Notes: a model not told the origin generated them from the sequence alone. DNA of 63,831 nucleotides, filler included, from Octopus bimaculoides (GCF_001194135.2; 4 parts of 4 records of this genome joined end to end with filler, not necessarily neighbours in it); one strand, 5' to 3'; positions 50,184 through 63,831 are shown, counted from the whole stretch's first letter. Numbers and translations: made by a program.

Positions 50184-51362
50184 GTAGTATTACATTAAGA
50201 AAAATATTATTCGCTACTTTTGGGCGTGTGTTTCACTCTGCATGAGCTTTTTGCATTGTTGGAAAAGCTCGTATATAGCGAAATTTATGAGCTTCTATAA
50301 CGAATCGCATATAATTTCGTGTATATATATAATATTATTCTCGATGGCTAAACCCGTCTTAAATGAACTGAGGCAGGTCTTCGTAGAATCTAGCTATTTC
50401 AGTGTGTAGGACGCCATACTGAGCTAGTCAACTCAAATGTTCTACCTTACTACTCTGGTTGTTTAAAATCACCTGAAGATGGCAGATTTTTGTCATGATG
50501 TAATCTAAGAATTCTTCAATAAATGATACTGAAACAGCTGTTGTAAATTTTAAAACCCATTTGTGTTCGTCTTCATGTTATATATATATATATATATAAC
50601 ACAGAAAACTCCTGTAGAACAAAATATTTGATTTATTCAAATTATCTCCAACTCTAGATAATGTATCATAGTATCCAAATAGCAATTATGACCAGTTCAG
50701 CTTGAGACAGTATAATGCAATTCAACACAAGCCACTAAAGAAAGAGGCCGGCTCATTGTTTGAAGATATGAGAACAGCTGTAAACACGTGTTTCTGGTAC
50801 GAGAGCCTTCGTCTGCACAACAATTGTTCTACCTCCAGTGGCCAAAGAACTTAGACTTACAGAAAATAGAGCAAACATTTATGGCCTTGGTAATTTGCCT
50901 AATTTAAACAAAAGTAGCCAATGGCATATATTTGAACAACATAGACAAATGCCGGTATGTTCAATGCCTTGAAACAAAAATTCTTAATTTAAACACTTAC
51001 GTGCGCGCGCGCACAAGTACGTACCAATGCCACATCTTCTTAGAATGTATACCCTTTCAAGTTTATGGTTCATTAATTGTGACGTAAGTTAATGTTCGAA
51101 AACCCATTTCATCCATCTTTTATTTTTATCTTGCCACCCCATTCATTCCCTCACCTTCTTTCTTACTCTTCATCGCTTTTCCTCATTTCTTTTCGCTCCT
51201 ATCTCTATCCTGCCTAAATTTTCTAACTCTGAAAGTTTTTTTATTAAATTTTCTTTATACCTACCTTGTCTATCTATCTATCTATCTATCTAGACAGACA
51301 GACAGACGGACGGACGGACGGTTGGATAGATAGGTAGGTAGGTAGGTAGGTGAGTGGTTGGG

Positions 51363-51421
<59 letters not shown>

Positions 51422-52149
51422 TCAACATAACAAACATATTACGAGAACGAGAAACAGAAAGTGGAAAAGGATTAATTATAAATGGGCATATATAAGACTA
51501 TTCCTGAAGCAAGACAATTCCCCTCTGACCGAATACATATCAGTCAAGTACACTTTCTCTAAACATACCACAGCGTTCCATCTCACCGCCAGCATCTGCC
51601 CAGACGAAGAAAGCCACTTAAAAAAGTTCACAACCAGCACATAACTACATCCCCACCACAACTTACAAATGGAATTTCGATCCTTCCTCTTTTCTATTTT
51701 ATTCTTTTATTATTTATTATTATTTTTTTTTTTTTTTTTNNNNNNNNNNNNNNNNNNNNNNNNNNNNNNNNNNNNNNNNNNNNNNNNNNNNNNNNNNNNN
51801 NNNNNNNNNNNNNNNNNNNNNNNNNNNNNNNNNNNNNNNNNNNNNNNNNNNNNNNNNNNNNNNNNNNNNNNNNNNNNNNNNNNNNNNNNNNNNNNNNNNN
51901 NNNNNNNNNNNNNNNNNNNNNNNNNNNNNNNNNNNNNNNNNNNNNNNNNNNNNNNNNNNNNNNNNNNNNNNNNNNNNNNNNNNNNNNNNNNNNNNNNNNN
52001 NNNNNNNNNNNNNNNNNNNNNNNNNNNNNNNNNNNNNNNNNNNNNNNNNNNNNNNNNNNNNNNNNNNNNNNNNNNNNNNNNNNNNNNNNNNNNNNNNNNN
52101 NNNNNNNNNNNNNNNNNNNNNNNNNNNNNNNNNNNNNNNNNNNNNNNNN

Positions 52150-52187
<38 letters not shown>

Positions 52188-52203
52188 TTTGTGAAAGTTT
52201 ATG

Positions 52204-52235
<32 letters not shown>

Positions 52236-53349
52236 ATTTCACACACTCGCTTACAGACATACACATCTACCAAAATACTCATCTATTTGACTATCTGTAA
52301 GTTTGTCTGTGTGTCTCTACTTATCTCTTACCCCCACCCACTACTCAAATTGCTCTCTTTCCCTCTGTGTCTCACTCTCTCATCCATCAGCTCTTATTTA
52401 CCAGCTTCCCTTATCAAATCACCATTTCCCATCATCCTCGCTGGACTCTGCTCCTTTAAACAGTTAGACTGACGTTAATGTTCATTTTAATTTACCGTAC
52501 CTCTATTCGGTGGCTGTATGTGTCTGTGTTGTGCGTGTGTTTCTGTTTGTACGTGTTCCAATGTGTATGCTTTACTTTAGACACACACACACACGCACAC
52601 ACACACACACACGCACACACACACACACACACATATATNNNNNNNNNNNNNNNNNNNNNNNNNNNNNNNNNNNNNNNNNNNNTTAATTAATTAANNNNNN
52701 NNNNNNNNNNNNNNNNNNNNNNNNNNNNNNNNNNNNNNCTCTCTCTCTCTCTCCCTCTCCTACAGCAAACAATTTCACGGTTCGTCCTCAAAAATCTGTA
52801 ATATGAGTATCTCGGTCAGCAGGGAAGATACTATACGATTGTGATAAAATGCAATACCTCATGTTAATGATGTCTAACAACAAGTAACAGTTAGCTCAGC
52901 TTCTTTACATTCAGTTTCAACTTCCAATTATATTGTTGAATTTCCTTGGGTGTAAGTTATAAACTGTTGACCTTTCTCTTTTTGATTCGGGTTTGAGGAC
53001 ATTGATCCGCGCTTCCCCTCCCCAACATGACCATGTTATATGTAACAAGGTTTCAGTGGAAAGATGATCGAAACATAAGGGTACACCGGGTGTAACACAT
53101 CACATAACTGTTAAATATATTCAACAACAATTGAAAATATATTGCAGTGTTTTTCTTTTTAATAATATTGGTTGCCCGTTTCTTGACGTGAGTTATTCGG
53201 CAAGAGCATATCCTATCTTCCAAATCTTGAATTTTTAAGAGACATCTCTTTCTTTGGAAGCTATTTTCAGAATGTTTATATCCTCTTAAACTAATACACC
53301 GCCTCAGCACCCAAACATAAGCGAGATAATTAGCGAGACGACCGGTTGC

Positions 53350-54125
53350 AGCAATAATGGCTCAATAACTATATACAAACAGCAACAGAAATTTACTCTA
53401 TCAAATCGAAAATAGCGGTTTCCTACCATTGAAATGATATTGATGAACAGTATGGGTAGCTATTTTCTTAAAACATAACCCAGACCGTGTAAATCGAAAA
53501 TGGTCAAGAATCTGAAGCATAAAATTTGGCTTAAATCTGTTCCAAAGTGCTAGGTTTAATGGATGCAGCATTCGGCGAAATAGTTTTCTAACAATTTTAC
53601 CCAAGACGTTTTAGCTCTTGATGAGTTTAGAAAAAGGGAATGTTTTAATTACCTATACATGCTCACTCCCCCTAAAACACGAAAGCGAGGTGACAAATGC
53701 CAAGGAACGAATTCCAGAAAAGATGGGAAGAGAAGAAAATTCAAGGAGTTGATATTTCGTAGAGGTTAAATTGAGCATAAGTGATTAGTTCTGACCATGG
53801 GTAGAAGATAAAATGAGTGGCGGCAGGAGGAAAGACGAGTGAAACTGAAGTGCTTGAGTGAAGCATGTAGGAGACCAATCCGCTTCGAGAATCAGAGTTG
53901 TGGTCAAGAAGCTATCCTTGAACAGTCGTACCGAGGCAACGAATGTTTACATTGCCTCCATCATATATTACCGCCCGACCGTCGTGTTTTGCTCCGGTTC
54001 ATGTCTGATAGGATCCACTGTCCTTCCACTTTTTGTGGCATTTTGGCCGATACAGCGTAGTTTTAAATTGGTAAAATTTATTCGAGTTTCCATAAGAGCG
54101 AAATTTTGTAATCTGAGATGAAAAT
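53350..54125 (+). mobile_element. Highly degenerate Tx1-like reverse transcriptase fragment
   Basis: KKLSLNSRTEATNVYIASIIYYRPTVV resembles the Tx1 RT C-terminal motif (KLSLxGRAEVANVYIASVIYYRL). Weaker DRVNRKW..KFG resemblance upstream. Confidence 0.5.
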
Positions 54126-54164
54126 AAAGCAGAGGATGCTTGTATTTATACACTCACACACGCA

Positions 54165-54538
54165 CACGTATGCAGTGGTTATGACAGCGGACTTGCGGAC
54201 GTAGGATCGCGGTTTCGATTCCCAGACTGTACGTTGTGAGTGTTTATTGAGCGAAAACACCCAAAGCTCCACGAGGCTCCAGCAGGGGATGGTGGCGAAC
54301 CCTGCTGTACTCTTTCACCACAACTTTCTCTCACTCCTTCTTCCTGTTTCTGTTGTCCCTGCATTTCAAAGAGCCAGCCTTGTCACATACCGTATCACGC
54401 TGAATCTCCCCGAGAACTACGTTAAGGGTACACGTGTATGTGGAGTGCTCAGCCACTTGCACGTTAATTTCATGAGCAGGCTGTTCCGTTGATCGGATCA
54501 ACTGGAACCCTCGTCGTCGTAACCAACGGAGTACCAAC
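54165..54538 (+). mobile_element. tRNA-derived SINE family C
   Basis: gcagtggtt..ggtttcgattcccag head and 3' block ctccccgagaactacgttaag..cacgttaatttca..cggag. Copies at 21995-22331 (+, internal deletion) and 47709-47981 (-). Confidence 0.85.
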
Positions 54539-54573
54539 CAATATTAAGATATATACGATTATGTATGTATGTA

Positions 54574-54616
<43 letters not shown>

Positions 54617-55196
54617 NNNNNNNNNNNNNNNNNNNNNNNNNNNNNNNNNNNNNNNNNNNNNNNNNNNNNNNNNNNNNNNNNNNNNNNNNNNNNNNNNNNN
54701 NNNNNNNNNNNNNNNNNNNNNNNNNNNNNNNNNNNNNNNNNNNNNNNNNNNNNNNNNNNNNNNNNNNNNNNNNNNNNNNNNNNNNNNNNNNNNNNNNNNN
54801 NNNNNNNNNNNNNNNNNNNNNNNNNNNNNNNNNNNNNNNNNNNNNNNNNNNNNNNNNNNNNNNNNNNNNNNNNNNNNNNNNNNNNNNNNNNNNNNNNNNN
54901 NNNNNNNNNNNNNNNNNNNNNNNNNNNNNNNNNNNNNNNNNNNNNNNNNNNNNNNNNNNNNNNNNNNNNNNNNNNNNNNNNNNNNNNNNNNNNNNNNNNN
55001 NNNNNNNNNNNNNNNNNNNNNNNNNNNNNNNNNNNNNNNNNNNNNNNNNNNNNNNNNNNNNNNNNNNNNNNNNNNNNNNNNNNNNNNNNNNNNNNNNNNN
55101 NNNNNNNNNNNNNNNNNNNNNNNNNNNNNNNNNNNNNNNNNNNNNNNNNNNNNNNNNNNNNNNNNNNNNNNNNNNNNNNNNNNNNNNNNNNNNNNN

Positions 55197-55570
55197 NTTA
55201 CATCGACCCCAATGCGTAACTGGTACTTATTTAATCGACCCCGAAAGGATAAAAGGCAAAGTCGACCTCGGTGGAATTTGAACTCAGAACATAAAGACAG
55301 ATGAAATACCGCTCAGCATTTCGCCCGCTATGCTAACGTTTCTTATTTCTTTACTGCCCACAAGGGGCTACACACAGAGGGGACAAACAAGGACAGACAA
55401 AGGGATTAAGTCGATTACATCGACCCCAGTGCGTAACTTTTCCTTATTTAATCGACCCCGAAAGGATGAAAGGCAAAGTCGACCTCGGCGGAATTTGAAC
55501 TCAGAACGTAGCAACAGACGAAATACCACTAAGCATTTCGCCCGGCGTGCTAACGTTTCTACCAGCTCGT
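55197..55570 (-). mobile_element. Two tandem SINE family B copies
   Basis: atcgacccc..gaaaggat..aaggcaaagtcgacctcgg..gaatttgaactcagaac occurs twice (about 55200-55340 and 55415-55565). Confidence 0.85.
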
Positions 55571-55866
55571 GTTTCATTTGCTAACAGGAGTTACAAGATT
55601 GTGCATGTAGAAGAAACATGAAAGATATCTCCTATTAAAATTCGTCGGACAGAATCAAATAGCGCGGAATTTCCCGTGTTCATGTTATCACTCTGTAGAA
55701 ACTGTTTTCGATTATCTTTCAACATTTTGCGTGTCTCACAATTATACCATATATATACAATTTTGGAGTACTGAAATATGCTTCATGAGGACGCAACTTT
55801 GATTACAACTCTATCTACATACTGTACGCGCGCGTGTGTGTGTCTGTCTGTCTGTCTGTGTCTCTA

Positions 55867-55897
<31 letters not shown>

Positions 55898-55903
55898 GTC
55901 TGT

Positions 55904-56190
55904 ATTAATACCAAACGGTAATCTTTATATCCAGTTTAACATGGATGCCTTATTAGTACACCGAATACTGCGTTATTAGTTTTGAGTGATCTTCTCATAT
56001 AGGCGCTGGGTGCTATGATATGAAAATCCTGGCACCATGACTGACGAATTTCGTTTGCTACGATCTGTGTACACTTTTATGCACCAAGCGGCTATATGAG
56101 AGGATCTCTCAAGACTAATAACGCAGTATTCGGTGCTCCAACAACGCATCCATGTTAAGCTGGATATAAAGATTACCTCTTAGTATTAAT
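55904..56190. mobile_element. MITE/foldback element with ~110-bp inverted arms
   Basis: 55904-56014 is the imperfect reverse complement of 56079-56190. ATTAAT at both ends. Confidence 0.85.
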
Positions 56191-56223
56191 CCTGTTTCCG
56201 TCCCTAATAGTTAGTATATGAAT

Positions 56224-56273
<50 letters not shown>

Positions 56274-56528
56274 NNNNNNNNNNNNNNNNNNNNNNNNNNN
56301 NNNNNNNNNNNNNNNNNAATGATCAGTTGTGGGTTTATCTGTTCATAGGAAACATGTTTAGGCCGCTTAAAACAAAGAACTCAAAACGTTGGTACTCTGT
56401 GATACATCTGAGAATCTCCGATGCGTCGACAGCCGGACTGAAATTTGTTATATAACATCAATTCTTGTTTAGCCCAATTTAGCCGTGATCGAGCAAAATC
56501 TGTGATAGCGAAGTTGTGATAGCAGATC

Positions 56529-56591
<63 letters not shown>

Positions 56592-58259
56592 GGTGGTGGT
56601 GGTGGTGGAGGTGGCGGTGGTGGATTATCTTTTCATGGAAGGCTACATTTCAGGCAAGAAATTCTATTCTTCCCATGTAGTTCTTTAAAATAGTCAGGAC
56701 CGTAAATTGTGAATCGGGTGATGGCTGCTGCTGCTGCTGCTGCAACAAGACCGTGCATATGGAATGTATCAACCACCTTGTCTACGAAATTTTTGTGCAA
56801 ACATATTTATTTTGTTTTAAATTTGTATCTATAACTATCTACATTTATTTATTTATTCATTCATTCGTTCATTTATGTTTTTAATTTATTTCAGTTTTTA
56901 GGTTGTCTGCCTTCGTGACATTAATTAATGAATTACTTAATAGGATAATGAAAAGAGTCATTTATAGCTATTTCTGAAATAAACTATCATCTTTCGTCAT
57001 TGACCAGTTTTGTCTGTATCTGAGAGCCACACTGTTACATCGTATGATTAGATATTAATTTTTAAATGAGTGAAATAGCTAAGAACTCTCTTTCAAAAGC
57101 AGGTATATTAATGAGAACTATTAAAGAATGCGGTACGTAGAAAATAATTTCACCGCATGCTGTTCCAAATCTAAAAGCAGCTAATGAGGAACGTGAGAAA
57201 GGGCCAGCCGGAGGAGGTGACCGATATTTTGTTGTTGCTTTGAACTGAATGACATTAGGAATAAGGAGAATAGGGAGGGAGAATGAACACGTTGTTTGGT
57301 TTATCAATAATTAAGGGTTAGGGTTAGGGTTAGAGAGAAAGCAAATGAAAATGTAAGTATTAGAGGGGGAGTTTCGTTCATTGCATTGCAGTGTTGTAAT
57401 GATGATGATTGCTAAAAAAAAAAAAGTATCAGAACCAAAGGAAATATTCACGTACTCAAAGATTTCTTCGTCTTTACATTTTTTTTTTTTTTTTTTTGTG
57501 GTGGTGCTCGATCTGAAGCGGTTGAACCTATATCCTTAGGCCTTCTTAGAGCGTTAACATCGAAAAGATTAAGGTTTCTCTTGGAGAGTTACAAATCGAT
57601 GGTTGCAAGAAAACATGTACACGCAAGATATTCTAGATAATCAAATTAAAACTTACAGAAAAATAAGGGCTGGTCACAGCGGTTAGAATAGTAGGCCTCA
57701 AGCGAGAAATATAATATAGATAACAAGAAGGAAGACGAGTGTGTCCAGAGAGCTTGAATAGAGTGTTGCACTAAAGCAGCTAGGGTGAGGAACATTGGCC
57801 ATTATAGCATAAAAGTAATAGAGAGAGAAGCAGTATGTCTCAAAAGCCAAAGGCTAGAAAGTCGAGCTTCATGCCATTCGCCGGAGTGGACTCTCTTTGG
57901 TTGTCTGTGTGTAGCGGCTACACCGTCTTGAATATGGGATCGGTGCGCCACTGTAGATCTCTCCTTCACCAAAGCTTTGCACAGTGTCATCAATTGTTGG
58001 AGTTAAACTGTAGTATTCTCTTCATGGAGCTAAGTTGCAGTTATGCATTCACCTTTTGGAGAAATTAGTAGTTAAAGACTACACTAGTTGTGCATAGTAA
58101 CTTCATAACTCTAAAATAGTTTGAATTATCGAGAAAGAACATTGTAATAAATGAAAAAAATGGCATCGGAGGGGCGATATATATCCAGCGTTCACACAAG
58201 TATAAAATAAAATTTAATTTAAAATATATATTATCAGACGAGTTCATATTTCAACAAAA

Positions 58260-58520
58260 TGACATCAAGAGTTATTTCCCCTGCTTATTGTTTATGCATG
58301 CGTAACAAAGAAAAATACATTTTGATTCACCCGCATGCCAGTTTTGAAGATAATCAAATCAAAATTTATTGAGTTCGAGCCACTCACCCAATAAGTATTT
58401 CTGCCAAATGTGATGAAAATCCGTTCAGCTGTTTTCTAGTAATTTTGCAAACACACAGACAAACAGACGAAGACAAACGACTACAATATCCTGCTTTCGC
58501 TTGCGCGCGCAGAGTGGTGG
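58260..58520. mobile_element. Possible Helitron/Helentron-type non-autonomous repeat
   Basis: gccaaatgtgatgaaaatccgttcagctgttttctagtaattttgcaaac-(caga)n resembles widespread Helentron-associated repeats. Single copy here. Confidence 0.35.
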
Positions 58521-59072
58521 TTTTAATTTCAAAATTAGCACAAAAACAAAAGTCTAAGAGTGTGTAATTGACTTAAACTGTTATTTAGAAGTTGACCACA
58601 GTTGGATTTCAATCTCGACAAAAAATAATATAAGCAAGCTTAGCTATAGAGTTAAGAAGTTCACTCACAGCCACATAGATCCAGATTCGATTCTATTGCG
58701 CGCCACCTTGAGCAAATGTCTTTTACTGAAACCTCGGGTTGATCAATATCCTCTGAGTAAAATTTCGAAAATTAAAAATGTGCAAAACTTCCACATATAT
58801 GTTAATCTCTTAATCTCATCGGCCGGGATGCTGAGACAACGTTAATGAACCTAGATGGTCCCGGTCAAACAGGAACGTATAACTCTACCAAAACGGAAGT
58901 AATTCCCTGTAAAGAGACGTGAGTCAAGATGCACTCAGGTATTGTATAAACAGCGATCGATAAAATGAGTACCGGATTAAGTAGTATGGGTCAATTGTTT
59001 CATTACTTAAACCAGTAAAAAGGCATATAATCTCACGACTTAGCATCTTTGCGACGTCACCTCTTTAATAAT

Positions 59073-59117
<45 letters not shown>

Positions 59118-59142
59118 CGACAACGAAGACGACGACGACGAC

Positions 59143-59180
<38 letters not shown>

Positions 59181-59377
59181 CGGCGATGACAATGATGATA
59201 ATGATAATTTCGGAAAATATCATGATTCTTTTGTTTTGTTTTTTATTCTTTATCACTAATTCTTATTGCCAAAAACAACAGCCATATCTCTCTCAAATCA
59301 CACTACTGTCTTTAAAAAAAGTGGAAAAAAGGAAGACACAATAGGTAATGTTGCTCTGAATATATTAAATCTGAAAA

Positions 59378-59408
<31 letters not shown>

Positions 59409-60143
59409 CGGAAAACTTTTAATTATAGGTTTGTTTAAGCGATGCTGACTTGTGATTAAAAAGACAAACGGAACTTATAAGCGAAACCTTCATCGTTGAA
59501 TGACAAAAAAAAATCCAATATGACTCAAATAAGATTTGAACTTAAAGCATTTTTATAACTCTACAGCAGAGATAAATTCTTGCTGTGACACAAACTCAAA
59601 TTATATGTAAGACTTGTATCTTGTAATTATTTGAGTGGTTCTACTCACGAATGTAAAGTTGTATTAGTAGAGTCGTTAGAGNNNNNNNNNNNNNNNNNNN
59701 NNNNNNNNNNNNNNNNNNNNNNNNNNNNNNNNNNNNNNNNNNNNNNNNNNNNNNNNNNNNNNNNNNNNNNNNNNNNNNNNNNNNNNNNNNNNNNNNNNNN
59801 NNNNNNNNNNNNNNNNNNNNNNNNNNNNNNNNNNNNNNNNNNNNNNNNNNNNNNNNNNNNNNNNNNNNNNNNNNNNNNNNNNNNNNNNNNNNNNNNNNNN
59901 NNNNNNNNNNNNNNNNNNNNNNNNNNNNNNNNNNNNNNNNNNNNNNNNNNNNNNNNNNNNNNNNNNNNNNNNNNNNNNNNNNNNNNNNNNNNNNNNNNNN
60001 NNNNNNNNNNNNNNNNNNNNNNNNNNNNNNNNNNNNNNNNNNNNNNNNNNNNNNNNNNNNNNNNNNNNNNNNNNNNNNNNNNNNNNNNNNNNNNNNNNNN
60101 NNNNNNNNNNNNNNNNNNNNNNNNNNNNNNNNNNNNNNNNNNN

Positions 60144-60200
<57 letters not shown>

Positions 60201-60814
60201 CTCGTGCATATGAGTTTGAGCGTGTGTGCGCGTGCGGCTATGCGTGTGCAAATAGTGTAGGAGTATATATGTATGTGTCAATGTATGTCTCTCTCTTTTT
60301 CTCTCTCTCTCTCTCTCTTTCTCTCAAACGTGCGCGCATATACTTTCTTTTTGGACGCAATCGCTGTGTTTAGACTTGGAGAGAGAGATAGGCTCCTCTA
60401 GATCTAAACTATACAAGACATACCGAATGACACAACGACGGCCCAACATAAAAACTCATACCCCGCCACACGTCTGTATATAACTGATATTTATTATTTC
60501 CGCACCCGCTTAGTAGAGGAAACATGAGAAAAGAATAGTCTCCAAGATTGGAACGCAAAATATAAAGATAAGTTAGTAATTCTGATAGTAGACTCATAGT
60601 ACGATTCAGTCGAATCCGCCTTTTTGCCGTTCGGTAAAGTATCTAATATTTGTTTATCTTATTCTTTGTTTCATTTATTATTCAACATTTCACATAGCAA
60701 CATAACCTGGATTTTCCCTTTTAATCTCGCAGCACTCAAAGAAAGGACGAATTCCAAAGCGGCAGCATCAGGAAATATATCGCCTACTAAAAGAATTATA
60801 TTCCTGATATTAGC

Positions 60815-61229
60815 TCTTTTACTCTTTTACTCTTTTACTTGTTTCAGTCTTTTGACTGTGGCCATGCTGGAGCACCGCCTTTAGTCGAGCAAATCGACCC
60901 CAGGACTTATTCTTTGGAAGCCTAGTACTTATTCTTTCGGTCTCTTTTGCCGAACCGCTAAGTTACAGGGACATAAACACACCAGCATCGGTTGTCAAGC
61001 GATGTTGGGGGGACAAACACAGACATACAAACACATACACACATACATATATATATACATATATACGACAGGCTTCTTTCAGTTTCCGTCTACCAAATCC
61101 ACTCACAAGGCTTTGGTCGGCCCGAGGCTATAGTAGAAGACATTTGCCCAAAATGCCACGCAGTGGGACTGAACCCGGGACCATATGGTTGGTAAGCAAG
61201 CTATTTACCACACAGCCACTCCCACACCT
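60815..61229 (-). mobile_element. SINE family A copy
   Basis: Reverse complement match to 42112-42530, including the (cttttact)n tail. Confidence 0.88.
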
Positions 61230-61297
61230 ACAGCTCAGTAAAAAATAAAAACCAATTTCGGTGCGGAAATTATTTTATAGCTAGATTAACAAAATGA

Positions 61298-61527
61298 TTC
61301 AATCCTTCAGCATTCTGATTATTCTGTCAAATGTAAAGCTTCTTTATTCGTATTGTTTTGAATTAATCAAGCATCATCTCATAGCTTTGAGATTTTGGCT
61401 ATGTAATTATATAACCGTTAGAATGACATTGCAGGGTAAGTGCAAGAGATCAAATCTGGCTGTTTTGAACGTAAAACAGGTAGAACACTTGGGCCGGATC
61501 AGGCCGGTTTAAATACTAAATGGTTAA
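61298..61527. mobile_element. Probable piggyBac-like MITE
   Basis: Ends ttcaatccttcagcatt versus ttaaccatttagtattt (reverse complement), resembling TTAA-CCC-type termini. Confidence 0.45.
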
Positions 61528-61897
61528 AAAAAAAAACGGTATTATAAAAGATGAATTTCAGTACCAGCTGTTTGCAGTACATGATATATTTTTTTTTCTT
61601 GATAACATCAGTGTCTGATAAATTGTTTTGGACCATAAAAATTTTCATTACACGAAAAAGATCAATAAGAAAACTAGTTAACCCTAATACAAAAATGGCA
61701 CATTAATCCCTTCTCTAAGATAAAGCACTCGTTCACATAAATATAACGTCTATGGGTAGTGTAAGTCTGTGAGAAAATTTTCACCTGAGTTGTGTGGTTT
61801 TTAAGCAAGTCTTCATGATTATAGTTTTTACCATAGATGTTTCAAGTGCATCATCACGCAACAGAAATGTAGTTCAACTTAAAAGATCAATTTAGTA

Positions 61898-61942
<45 letters not shown>

Positions 61943-61952
61943 NNNNNNNNNN

Positions 61953-61996
<44 letters not shown>

Positions 61997-62224
61997 GTAT
62001 GAATATGTATGTATGTGTGTGTGTGTATACGAATAAGTAGACAAACGAAAAAAGTGGCAGTCAGTACATTTGGTTGGAGTTACGTATATTTTAAATAAAA
62101 GTTTGAATCAGCGCCATATGACCTAGTTTCGTGGAAAGAACCTATCATCAGATATCAAAAGATATCCCATGAGATGCACCGTCCTACTCACCCGTGAAGC
62201 ATTAAATTCATATAGAGCTGAGTC

Positions 62225-62556
62225 AAACTATTATCTTTTATATATATAGCTCACCTTGACGTTATGGGGGTTGAAGAGTTTGAAATACCTATGGCCTCTG
62301 GGGAAGTGTTTCTTAATTAACGACAGGAAACTCCTAGCTGCGTTAGTGGAAACTTCTCGATAAAAAGGGGGTTATACCATATAATCTTCCTTCTAATTCT
62401 TTTGGAGTGAGGAGAGGGTGTTTGGGGGTTATCCACATACGTGAGCTTCTCAGTGAACCAGCTTCTAGCCAAAGCATCGTTGTAGTGGAGGCAGCCCTGT
62501 TAAAGATCTCTTTAGTGGCCGAGAGATTAGATAGTCGTTTACTAATGCCTGGAACC
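62225..62556 (-). mobile_element. Penelope-like RT C-terminal fragment (frameshifted)
   Basis: Minus-strand translation GISKRLSNLSATKEIFNRAA / YNDALARSWFTEKLTY..KRIRRKIIWYNPP / NAARSFLSLIKKHFPRGHRYFKLFNPHNVKVSY. Not present in the supplied ORF track. Confidence 0.85.
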
Positions 62557-62869
62557 AGGTTTCAAATTATATGTGTGTGTGTGTGTATGTATATATNNNN
62601 NNNNNNNNNNNNNNNNNNNNNNNNNNNNNNNNNNNNNNNNTTAATTAATTAANNNNNNNNNNNNNNNNNNNNNNNNNNNNNNNNNNNNNNNNNNNNAATT
62701 TTAATAGCAATAGTAATAATGATACAGTTTTTAATTTAAATAATAAAAATGAATACGAAGATAACCTCAATCATAAATTACCTAACGATAGCAACAAGCT
62801 TAACATTTTTTCACGAAATAGGGGAAATAACCGTCAAATAAAACCTTGTCTCAATGATAATAATAAATT

Positions 62870-63690
62870 AAGACTATTTATAAACAATACTGGAAAACAT
62901 TCTAAACCAGAACCTAATAAAAATGTCTGGGTAATTCTTCCTTTTAGTAAAAGTGTAAAATCAAACTTGGTATCCCAGTTCCAAAACGCTATAAATAAGA
63001 ACTTTCCTAAACATTCTCATTACTCCCAAGTCATAAACACACACAAGGTTAGAATCGGTTTCTCTAACATGAAGAACATTTCGCATATAATATCAGCACA
63101 CAATATGAGGCTTTTGCATCCACTAGAGAGTTCAAACAGTAATAACATTGAACCAGACATTATTAACCCTTACCAAAATAACAATAATAACACTAATAAT
63201 AATAATATGGGGAACAATATTAATAACACGACACATAATAGTAATAGTCACAACAACAAAATCATTATTTCAGAAGTCAATTCCAAAAGAATTAGTTTTT
63301 TAAGTGAAAATGCGAAACTCAGAAACACTATCTACCAATGCCAAGTTAGTACTCCCAAAAATACTCACTTTTACGTAGGTCCTTCCTCTACACCTTTATC
63401 CACTAGAATTTCTAACCATTTTTCATCTTTTAGAGATAGAAGCAAACGTAATACCACGAGCCTTAGCAAACTAATTTGGGATCTTAAAGATCTTAAATTT
63501 AAACTAGACTGGCTTATTCTTTCTATTTCTAAGCCATATGAAAAGGGTGGAAAATTTTGCCATCTTTGTGTTACCGAACTCCTCTTTATTTTATTTTCAA
63601 AGAATAATCTGGTAAATACTTTCATAGAACATTCTTTCTGATGTAAACATTGGCAAAAACATACATTTTCAGCATTTAAATAACAGTCAC
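62870..63690 (+). mobile_element. Penelope-like element C-terminus: RT thumb/linker plus GIY-YIG endonuclease
   Basis: VWVILPFSKSVKSN..NKNFPKHSHY..INTHKVRIGFSNMKNISHIISAHN, then TIYQC..FYVGPSST..RISNHFSSFR..TTSLSKLIWDLK..W.I..KPYEKGGKFCHLCVTE..ILF..LVN, with a frameshifted CKHWQK tail. Confidence 0.88.
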
Positions 63691-63831
63691 TGTTTTTATG
63701 AAACGCTATCATATTAACCCGTAATAAGTAAGTTCATCAAATAGTTCTAATAAAACATATTATTAATTCCCTCAAAGGTTAAAAGATTAAAATTATTTAC
63801 GATTCAAATTATTTATCTAAACTTTCGTAAT

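Noticed and set aside
57312-57333. Telomeric (TTAGGG)n
   Set aside because: Only about 3.5 units, internal. Too short to indicate a telomere or fusion site.

Overview
Eukaryotic, AT-rich, microsatellite-dense genomic window with many assembly gaps. The repeat landscape suggests an octopus/cephalopod draft genome (inference, not verified). It is almost entirely intergenic or intronic. The one host gene I can support is the first coding exon of a PDZ-LIM (Zasp/PDLIM-like) gene at 44533-44631 (+), whose next exon is not visible in the window. The rest is a transposable-element graveyard: six IS630-Tc1-mariner/pogo fossils (three with recognisable TIRs), Tx1/L1-like and R4/Dong-like LINE fragments, three Penelope-like (PLE) fragments, several tRNA-derived SINE families and several foldback/MITE-like palindromes. 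The most notable observation is a four-copy repeat that joins a tRNA-like head, an (AAT)n spacer and a minimal type I hammerhead ribozyme motif (helix III reduced to a palindromic ACGT). One copy has an intact core and abuts a Penelope ORF fragment; two others form an inverted pair. Most long ORFs in the supplied track are artefacts of microsatellites or N-gaps. All alignments, folds and family assignments were made by eye. Coordinates of degenerate elements are approximate.
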